Shown: piece after piece, positions 9,491 through 16,046 of the stretch | Position numbering within the stretch: position 1 is the first letter of the stretch | Layout: every line of letters starts with the position of its first letter | Assembly: GCF_900199515.1 (NCBI RefSeq) | Contig: NZ_LT963434.1 | Coordinates: 1,323,272-1,355,271 of the forward strand | DNA length: 32,000 nucleotides | Source of the DNA: Massilicoli timonensis | GTDB lineage: Bacteria; Bacillota_I; Bacilli_A; Erysipelotrichales; Erysipelotrichaceae | Direction of reading: 5' to 3' | Notes under the pieces: generated by a model | The model's input: only the letters and a program-made list of their open reading frames with translations | What the model was told of the DNA's origin: nothing | Databases searched by the model: none | Position numbers and translations under genes: made by a program

Positions 9491-9502
9491 TCCTGGTATA
9501 TT
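9474..9502 (+). promoter_or_regulatory. Putative hybrid flank/IS promoter reading into IS110 copy A (TTCACA-17-TATATT)
   Basis: The -35-like TTCACA (9474-9479) is in host DNA and the -10-like TATATT (9497-9502) is inside the IS, with an exact 17-nt spacer. Sequence pattern only. Confidence 0.4.
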
Positions 9503-9790
9503 GGAAATGACTCATCTAAAAGTCATTACAACATACCTTTTCCTTTCTATCAACCTTTATACCCGTGGTTGATTACGGGGTTCATTGTCTGTATGATTGA
9601 AATATGTGAATGTGGATTTGTATTGCTCCTTGTGGCTCTGACTACTTTAGAAAGGTTCTTACCACTCCTTATTCCAAAATAATGATGAGTTAGATGAGTC
9701 TTTGAATTCGTATCTCGTTCCAGGTTTTATGGTCTAAGTGCTGTGGTTTCTTCACTTCACATACTCTTATTTCAGAAAGGATGTGTTTTT
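9491..9790 (+). ncRNA. Candidate IS110 left-end guide/bridge-type RNA region (copy A)
   Basis: 300 nt non-coding stretch upstream of the recombinase gene with dense self-complementarity: hairpin 9506-9527, hairpin 9562-9579, 11-bp pairing 9509-9519/9690-9700, 8-bp pairing 9603-9610/9756-9763. Internal TTGATT-17-TATGAT promoter at 9569-9597. Exact RNA ends unknown. Confidence 0.4.
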
Positions 9791-10975
9791 ATGTTTCTTG
9801 TTGGAATCGATGTCGGTAAGCTCTCTCACATGTTTTGCATCATGGATTCTTCCAATGGCGAAATCCTCGTCAGTCCTGTTTCTTTTAAAAACAATAAACA
9901 AGGCTTTGATTTTCTGATGGGCAACATCAAGCTTTATCCCAAAGACAAATTGCTGATCGGTATGGAAGATACAGGCCATTATCATTTCAACCTTTTGAAG
10001 TTTTTACTCGATTCCGGTTATACCGTTGCACTCATCAATCCCATAACGACCGATCTTACCCGAAAGATGCAACTAAATCCTACCAAAGACGACAACCTGG
10101 ATACCATGACCATCTGTGATGTCCTGGCTTCCAGTCCTCGTAAAAAGGGTTACAGGATTTCTAAAATCAATAATTTTGAATTTTATGAGCAGAAACGTCT
10201 GACCCGTGAACATCACGATCTCAAGGAACAATTAAACGTATATGCCAATAAGCTTCAGAAATGTATTGATATCGTTTTTCCTGAATATAACTCCCTGTTT
10301 AAATCCAAGTATGGAACTGTATATATGAAGGTCTTAAAAGCGTTTGGCTGTGCGAATGCTATTGCTCATGCCGATATCCGCAATATTCGCAAATGCTTCG
10401 AAACCAATAGGAACGGCCGCACTATTTCACTGACACCGGAAAAATTAAAAGAAGCTGCTAAGCATTCGATCGGGTTTCCTTCAAAGGCTGAAGTGATCGA
10501 AATACGTCATCTGATCGATTTGATCGAATTGATCAAAGAACAAATCAACGATGTGGATATAAAAATAGAAGAGTTCAGCACGCAACTTAACTCTCCTATC
10601 CTCACCATACCGGGAATCTCACATTTCTCCGGTACTTCTATTTTAGCTGAATTAGGAGATTTACGCAACTATTCTAAGGCGTCTCAAATCATCAAATTTG
10701 CCGGTGTTTCCCCATATAAGCATCAATCAAGTCAATATGAAGCCCAACATACAGCCATTACCAAGAAGGGATCACGATATCTTCGCAAAACACTTTATCA
10801 GGTGATCTTACCTGTTATTCGCTACAATCCTGTATTTAACGAATACTATCATCTCAAGTTGTCGCAAGGGAAAGGCCATCGTTGCGCTCAGGGACACTGT
10901 GTACGAAAGTTACTTCGGATCATCTATCATCTGGTAATAACGAATCAACCGTTTGATTCAACTCTTTTAAAATAA
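9791..10975 (+). CDS. IS110 family transposase/recombinase (DEDD RuvC-like N-domain plus Tnp_20 C-domain)
   Basis: MFLVGIDVGK..., MEDTGHYH and ICDVLA motifs in the N-domain; PGISHFSGTSILAELGD and TKKGSRYLRKTLY in the C-domain. ATG 9791 with a GAAAGGA SD is preferred over the track start GTG 9743. Confidence 0.9.
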   Translation: MFLVGIDVGKLSHMFCIMDSSNGEILVSPVSFKNNKQGFDFLMGNIKLYPKDKLLIGMEDTGHYHFNLLKFLLDSGYTVALINPITTDLTRKMQLNPTKDDNLDTMTICDVLASSPRKKGYRISKINNFEFYEQKRLTREHHDLKEQLNVYANKLQKCIDIVFPEYNSLFKSKYGTVYMKVLKAFGCANAIAHADIRNIRKCFETNRNGRTISLTPEKLKEAAKHSIGFPSKAEVIEIRHLIDLIELIKEQINDVDIKIEEFSTQLNSPILTIPGISHFSGTSILAELGDLRNYSKASQIIKFAGVSPYKHQSSQYEAQHTAITKKGSRYLRKTLYQVILPVIRYNPVFNEYYHLKLSQGKGHRCAQGHCVRKLLRIIYHLVITNQPFDSTLLK

Positions 10976-11135
10976 GTCATTACTAAATTCTTAGATCCTC
11001 TACTAAGTTCTTTTTGTCATGCCTTTTTATTCACTATTTCAAAGATCGAGACAACTTCAGCTAACTAACTTCAATAAATTTTTATTTTCAGACTTTTTCA
11101 TACAATTTACTTGATTTTTATATAGTTAGCTTTCT

Positions 11136-12099
11136 AAGCAATTTTACCTTGCATGTAGACGCTTTGATCAAGCGTGCGAAATACCATCAGTATGTAAGCA
11201 ATGCCACGACCGAAACCATTAAATTCAGTTGTCCTTTCATTTATGATGTAGCGGTCTATCTGGCAAAAGAGCTAGAGGAAGCTTTTGCCATTACGATACC
11301 GGAGGAGGAAATCGGTTTTTTAAGCATTCATATCGGTTTTGGGATCGAAAGCAGTACCAAAGAACACAACCGTGTCCGGGTATTGTTGATCTGCGAGGAT
11401 TATCATCAGAGCGCGCAGACGATCATTAAGTATTTGAAAAAAGATTATGCGGACGTCATAGAAATCAGCAATGTCATATTCGGTGTTCCCGCCAACAACG
11501 ATGAACTGGATGTCGATTTGATCCTTTCGACCATTCCTTTGTATATCTTGCATAAACGGGTCTTACTGATCTCACCGTTTTATACCGACATGGATCGCTC
11601 CATGATCGAAGAAGCGATCAGCGCCTGTTTGAAAGAGCGGAAGATCGAACAGGAGCATGACCTGCTGACGCGCTATTTTGATGAACATTTATTTTTTCAC
11701 CGCACGGACTTAACCGAAAAGGAAGAGGTGATCCGCTTTTTGGGGCAACAGATCGTTTCGTTTGGAATAGCACAGCCGGAATTTATCGATTCCGTATTAA
11801 AGCGGGAGGAAATGTCGTCTACCTGCTTTTTTGAAACATTTGCCATTCCTCATGCCATGGAGCTGAATGCAAAGAAAACGATGTTTTGTGTTCTGATCAA
11901 CGAAAATGGGATCCACTGGGATCAGCATCAGATCAAGATTGTTTTGATGATTGCCGTAAAACAGCAGGATCGACTGGAATTTATGAAGATCTACAACAGT
12001 ATCATCCACGTGCTCTGGAATCAAAGCAAGGTTGCCAAACTGATACAGGCGCAGGATTATCAGGATTTTATCAAATGCTTAAAGGCAGATATGCGTTGA
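11136..12099 (+). pseudogene. PRD-containing PTS operon regulator (LicR/CelR-like), 3' fragment (PRD2, EIIB-like, EIIA-2-like)
   Basis: ORF 11149..12099 continues the PRD (EEEIGFLSIHIGFG) and ends with an EIIA-2-like domain (FETFAIPHAMELN). The frame is open back to the IS boundary at 11136. Confidence 0.8.
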
Positions 12100-12130
12100 A
12101 GATCGTTGTACCAAATTCTTTTCGATCATA

Positions 12131-12154
12131 AAAAAAGCGGGAAACCGCTTTTTT
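12131..12154. terminator. Bidirectional terminator between the regulator 3' end and ispF
   Basis: AAAAAAGCGG-GAAA-CCGCTTTTTT hairpin with a GAAA tetraloop. Confidence 0.65.
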
Positions 12155-12179
12155 CTTTTTAGTCAAAGAAGGGAAAACA

Positions 12180-12650
12180 CTACTGTACCAACAGTACGAT
12201 GCTTTGCGCCAAGACGCCCTCTTCTTTTCCGACAAATCCCAAGCCCTCTCCTCTTGTGGCTTTTACGCTTACCTGGGTGATCTCACAAGCTAAAGCAGCG
12301 GCGATATTTTCCCGCATCTTTTCAATATAAGGCGCCATCTTAGGCCGCTCTATCATGATCAAGGCGTCAATATTGCCGATCCGGTAGCCGTTTGCTTTCA
12401 TCATTTTGCCCACCTCTTTTAAGATTACCAAAGAGGACATTCCCTGATAACGCGGATCCGTGTCGGGGAAATGCTTTCCCAAATCTCCTAGCGCCAACGC
12501 GCCTAAAATACTTTCCGCAATCGCATGAAGCAAGGCGTCTGCGTCAGAATGCCCAAGCAGTCCTTTCTCATGTGGTATTGTTACACCGCCTAAAATCAGT
12601 TCTCTGTCTGCGGCGAACCGATGAATATCGCTGGATTGTCCGATTCGCAT
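12180..12650 (-). CDS. ispF: 2-C-methyl-D-erythritol 2,4-cyclodiphosphate synthase
   Basis: 156 aa starting MRIGQSSDIHRF...GHSDADALLHAI...FPDTDPRY, with IspF zinc and substrate motifs. Confidence 0.92.
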   Translation of the reverse strand: MRIGQSSDIHRFAADRELILGGVTIPHEKGLLGHSDADALLHAIAESILGALALGDLGKHFPDTDPRYQGMSSLVILKEVGKMMKANGYRIGNIDALIMIERPKMAPYIEKMRENIAAALACEITQVSVKATRGEGLGFVGKEEGVLAQSIVLLVQ

Positions 12651-12672
12651 CTAATCATGCTCCTGGTATATT
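12644..12672 (+). promoter_or_regulatory. Putative hybrid flank/IS promoter reading into IS110 copy B (TTCGCA-17-TATATT)
   Basis: TTCGCA (12644-12649, in host DNA) and TATATT (12667-12672, in the IS), 17-nt spacer. Same geometry as copy A. Confidence 0.35.
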
Positions 12673-12960
12673 GGAAATGACTCATCTAAAAGTCATTACA
12701 ACATACCTTTTCCTTTCTATCAACCTTTATACCCGTGGTTGATTACGGGGTTCATTGTCTGTATGATTGAAATATGTGAATGTGGATTTGTATTGCTCCT
12801 TGTGGCTCTGACTACTTTAGAAAGGTTCTTACCACTCCTTATTCCAAAATAATGATGAGTTAGATGAGTCTTTGAATTCGTATCTCGTTCCAGGTTTTAT
12901 GGTCTAAGTGCTGTGGTTTCTTCACTTCACATACTCTTATTTCAGAAAGGATGTGTTTTT
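12661..12960 (+). ncRNA. Candidate IS110 left-end guide/bridge-type RNA region (copy B)
   Basis: Identical to 9491-9790. Confidence 0.4.
12695..12723 (-). promoter_or_regulatory. Putative outward-facing promoter in the IS110 left end, directed at ispF (TTGATA-17-TGTAAT)
   Basis: The minus strand reads TTGATA (12723-12718), a 17-nt spacer, then TGTAAT (12700-12695) preceded by TGT (extended -10 like). Downstream lies the hybrid SD AGGAG (12664-12660), 9 nt before the ispF ATG. Confidence 0.45.
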
Positions 12961-14145
12961 ATGTTTCTTGTTGGAATCGATGTCGGTAAGCTCTCTCACA
13001 TGTTTTGCATCATGGATTCTTCCAATGGCGAAATCCTCGTCAGTCCTGTTTCTTTTAAAAACAATAAACAAGGCTTTGATTTTCTGATGGGCAACATCAA
13101 GCTTTATCCCAAAGACAAATTGCTGATCGGTATGGAAGATACAGGCCATTATCATTTCAACCTTTTGAAGTTTTTACTCGATTCCGGTTATACCGTTGCA
13201 CTCATCAATCCCATAACGACCGATCTTACCCGAAAGATGCAACTAAATCCTACCAAAGACGACAACCTGGATACCATGACCATCTGTGATGTCCTGGCTT
13301 CCAGTCCTCGTAAAAAGGGTTACAGGATTTCTAAAATCAATAATTTTGAATTTTATGAGCAGAAACGTCTGACCCGTGAACATCACGATCTCAAGGAACA
13401 ATTAAACGTATATGCCAATAAGCTTCAGAAATGTATTGATATCGTTTTTCCTGAATATAACTCCCTGTTTAAATCCAAGTATGGAACTGTATATATGAAG
13501 GTCTTAAAAGCGTTTGGCTGTGCGAATGCTATTGCTCATGCCGATATCCGCAATATTCGCAAATGCTTCGAAACCAATAGGAACGGCCGCACTATTTCAC
13601 TGACACCGGAAAAATTAAAAGAAGCTGCTAAGCATTCGATCGGGTTTCCTTCAAAGGCTGAAGTGATCGAAATACGTCATCTGATCGATTTGATCGAATT
13701 GATCAAAGAACAAATCAACGATGTGGATATAAAAATAGAAGAGTTCAGCACGCAACTTAACTCTCCTATCCTCACCATACCGGGAATCTCACATTTCTCC
13801 GGTACTTCTATTTTAGCTGAATTAGGAGATTTACGCAACTATTCTAAGGCGTCTCAAATCATCAAATTTGCCGGTGTTTCCCCATATAAGCATCAATCAA
13901 GTCAATATGAAGCCCAACATACAGCCATTACCAAGAAGGGATCACGATATCTTCGCAAAACACTTTATCAGGTGATCTTACCTGTTATTCGCTACAATCC
14001 TGTATTTAACGAATACTATCATCTCAAGTTGTCGCAAGGGAAAGGCCATCGTTGCGCTCAGGGACACTGTGTACGAAAGTTACTTCGGATCATCTATCAT
14101 CTGGTAATAACGAATCAACCGTTTGATTCAACTCTTTTAAAATAA
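12961..14145 (+). CDS. IS110 family transposase/recombinase (copy B)
   Basis: Protein identical to the copy A product. Confidence 0.9.
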   Translation: MFLVGIDVGKLSHMFCIMDSSNGEILVSPVSFKNNKQGFDFLMGNIKLYPKDKLLIGMEDTGHYHFNLLKFLLDSGYTVALINPITTDLTRKMQLNPTKDDNLDTMTICDVLASSPRKKGYRISKINNFEFYEQKRLTREHHDLKEQLNVYANKLQKCIDIVFPEYNSLFKSKYGTVYMKVLKAFGCANAIAHADIRNIRKCFETNRNGRTISLTPEKLKEAAKHSIGFPSKAEVIEIRHLIDLIELIKEQINDVDIKIEEFSTQLNSPILTIPGISHFSGTSILAELGDLRNYSKASQIIKFAGVSPYKHQSSQYEAQHTAITKKGSRYLRKTLYQVILPVIRYNPVFNEYYHLKLSQGKGHRCAQGHCVRKLLRIIYHLVITNQPFDSTLLK

Positions 14146-14327
14146 GTCATTACTAAATTCTTAGATCCTCTACTAAGTTCTTTTTGTCATGCCTTTTTAT
14201 TCACTATTTCAAAGATCGAGACAACTTCAGCTAACTAACTTCAATAAATTTTTATTTTCAGACTTTTTCATACAATTTACTTGATTTTTATATAGTTAGC
14301 TTTCTTTTGTTCCTCTGTGTTTCTTTC

Positions 14328-14356
14328 ATTATAATCATAAAAGCGAAACAAGGCAA
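14328..14356 (-). promoter_or_regulatory. Putative ancestral ispF promoter displaced by IS110 copy B (TTGCCT-17-TATAAT)
   Basis: The minus strand reads TTGCCT (14356-14351), a 17-nt spacer, then TATAAT (14333-14328), 22 nt from the IS right boundary. Confidence 0.45.
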
Positions 14357-14617
14357 CTTGTCCCAACTGATAAAAGAAGCATAAACACGTCTTTTTCTTC
14401 CTGATTATCAGGAAATGATTGTTTTCAGCAGTGATGGTTTATTGGCTTTTAGCGTAAAAAGTATATTTTATGAGATAGAGAAGCCTCAATAAGGGCATAA
14501 TACTAAGGAAAAACACCGATAATAGCCGAAAAGTGATAAAATGATGTAAGTTTTGTTACCGTTTTTTGTATTTTTATGTTAAACTTATTCGGGACTGAAG
14601 AAAAAGAGGGATTAGAA

Positions 14618-15052
14618 ATGAAACTTGTAATCAGAAGGATGAAGCCGGAGGACGCGGCGGATATTCAGGCATTAAACACACAGCTCGGCTATTCTTATCC
14701 GGCGGATAAGATTGCGGCACGCATCAATTTTCTGCTTTATTCCAGCAGTGATGTCATGCTGGCGGCAGAAGCGGATGGAACGGTAATCGCTTATGCGCAC
14801 GCAACGCGCTATGAAACGCTTTATGCGGATAAAATGGCGAATATCTTAGCATTTGTCATAAAAGAGGGAATCGAAGAAAGTGAAGCGATCTCTCAGCAGC
14901 TTTATGATGAATTTGAAAAGCAGATCCGTTCTTTCGGATTCATGGGCATGCGTATGATCGCCGATACTTCCCGCATCATCACAAGGGAGTTCTTCGTAAA
15001 AAACGGATTCGACTCTAAACGCGACTTAAAGCATTTTATCAAATGGTTTTAG
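14618..15052 (+). CDS. GNAT family N-acetyltransferase
   Basis: ORF 14576..15052. Preferred start ATG 14618 (MKLVIRRMKPEDAADIQALN...) after an AGAGGG SD. Size and motif layout are typical of GNAT. Confidence 0.7.
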   Translation: MKLVIRRMKPEDAADIQALNTQLGYSYPADKIAARINFLLYSSSDVMLAAEADGTVIAYAHATRYETLYADKMANILAFVIKEGIEESEAISQQLYDEFEKQIRSFGFMGMRMIADTSRIITREFFVKNGFDSKRDLKHFIKWF

Positions 15053-15083
15053 CCACAAACAAAAAATAGGGGGATTTGATCAA

Positions 15084-15111
15084 CTGTATGAATTTTCATG
15101 CAGTTTTTTTT
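15084..15111 (+). terminator. Rho-independent terminator after the GNAT gene
   Basis: CTGTATGAA-TT-TTCATGCAG stem followed by T8. Confidence 0.65.
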
Positions 15112-15155
15112 AGGATTATTTCATAAAGGCACACATATCAGATACAGGTGATGCT

Positions 15156-16046
15156 ATGTTAGAGTTAAAAAATATCAGTAAATACTATGATCAGCACAAA
15201 GGGATCGCGCACTTATCCGTCAAGGTCAAAAAAGGCAGTGTGCTGGCATTTTTAGGGAGCAACGGCAGCGGTAAAACAACGACCTTCCGCATTTTGCTGG
15301 GACTGTTAAAACCAAGCGAAGGCACGATCCTCTATCATAAAAGAGCGATCCGCGAGTATCCCAGCACGCTCATGGGCTATATGCCGGAGGAACGCAGCCT
15401 GCTGCGCGATCTGAAAGTCTTTGAACAGATACGCTATCTGGCACGGTTAAAAGGGATGGAAGATGCATTGATCGAAGTGAGGATGCGCAAATGGCTGGAA
15501 GGACTTGGCATCACCCATTATCGCAACCGCAGGATCGCCGAGCTTTCCAAGGGCAATCAGCAGAAAGTACAGTTGATCTGCGCATTGATCCACGATCCGG
15601 AAATCATCATTTTCGATGAACCTTTGAACGGTTTGGATCTGGAAAATGTGCAGCTGTTTCAGGCGCTGATCACTTATTTGAAAAAGCAGCAGAAGATCAT
15701 TTTGATCTCCTCCCATCAATATGAAAGTGTGGAGCCATACTGCGACAGCGTGCTTTATCTCTATCATGGTGATGTGATCTTTCAAGGTGATCTTTTGCGC
15801 TTAAAGCAACAACGACAAGGGCGCATCATGCAGTTCCCTAAGCAATGCGGACGCAACTGGCTGGATCAAAAAGGCGTACTGGATGTACATGAAGAAAACG
15901 GCTATACGACATTGCGTGTCGATCATGAACGCACAGCTGCCATGATCATGAAAGAGCTGATGCGTGATGATATTTACGAAATACAAGTCAGTCTGCCTTC
16001 TTTGCGGGAGCTGATTCGAGGGTATATGGATGAAAGAGCTCATTAA
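15156..16046 (+). CDS. ABC transporter ATP-binding protein (ABC-2/NatA-like)
   Basis: Walker A GSNGSGKTT, signature LSKGNQQK, Walker B IIIFDEP. Confidence 0.9.
   Translation: MLELKNISKYYDQHKGIAHLSVKVKKGSVLAFLGSNGSGKTTTFRILLGLLKPSEGTILYHKRAIREYPSTLMGYMPEERSLLRDLKVFEQIRYLARLKGMEDALIEVRMRKWLEGLGITHYRNRRIAELSKGNQQKVQLICALIHDPEIIIFDEPLNGLDLENVQLFQALITYLKKQQKIILISSHQYESVEPYCDSVLYLYHGDVIFQGDLLRLKQQRQGRIMQFPKQCGRNWLDQKGVLDVHEENGYTTLRVDHERTAAMIMKELMRDDIYEIQVSLPSLRELIRGYMDERAH

Larger units (their letters stand above)
9491..11135 (+). mobile_element. IS110-family insertion sequence, copy A (1645 bp)
   Basis: Identical at every base I compared by eye (left end, right end, and both 410-aa ORF translations) to 12661-14305 at offset 3170. 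Boundaries are set by loss of identity at 9490/12660 and 11136/14306. No terminal inverted repeats. Encodes a DEDD-type IS110 transposase. Confidence 0.9.
12661..14305 (+). mobile_element. IS110-family insertion sequence, copy B (1645 bp, identical to copy A)
   Basis: See copy A. The left boundary is 10 bp from the ispF ATG (12650). Confidence 0.9.

Noticed and set aside
9491-9682. 64-codon C-terminal tail of track ORF 8558..9682 (SWYIGNDSSKSHYNIPF...)
   Set aside because: This part lies entirely inside the IS110 repeat (identical at 12661-12852). It is a fortuitous read-in from the disrupted host gene, not regulator sequence.
9743-9790. GTG 9743 as the IS110 recombinase start (16-aa N-terminal extension; same at 12913)
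   Set aside because: ATG 9791 has a proper SD (GAAAGGA) and gives the canonical MxxVGIDVGK N-terminus of IS110 transposases.
9520-10983. 10-nt direct repeat AAGTCATTAC at 9520-9529 and 10974-10983 within the IS110 element
   Set aside because: About one such match is expected by chance in a 1.6-kb AT-rich sequence, and there is no supporting structure.
9491-11135. Terminal inverted repeats or a clean direct target duplication for the IS110 element
   Set aside because: None found. The ends TCCTGG... and ...GCTTTCT are unrelated, and the flanking dinucleotides differ between copies. Absence of IRs is normal for this family, so it is not treated as anomalous.
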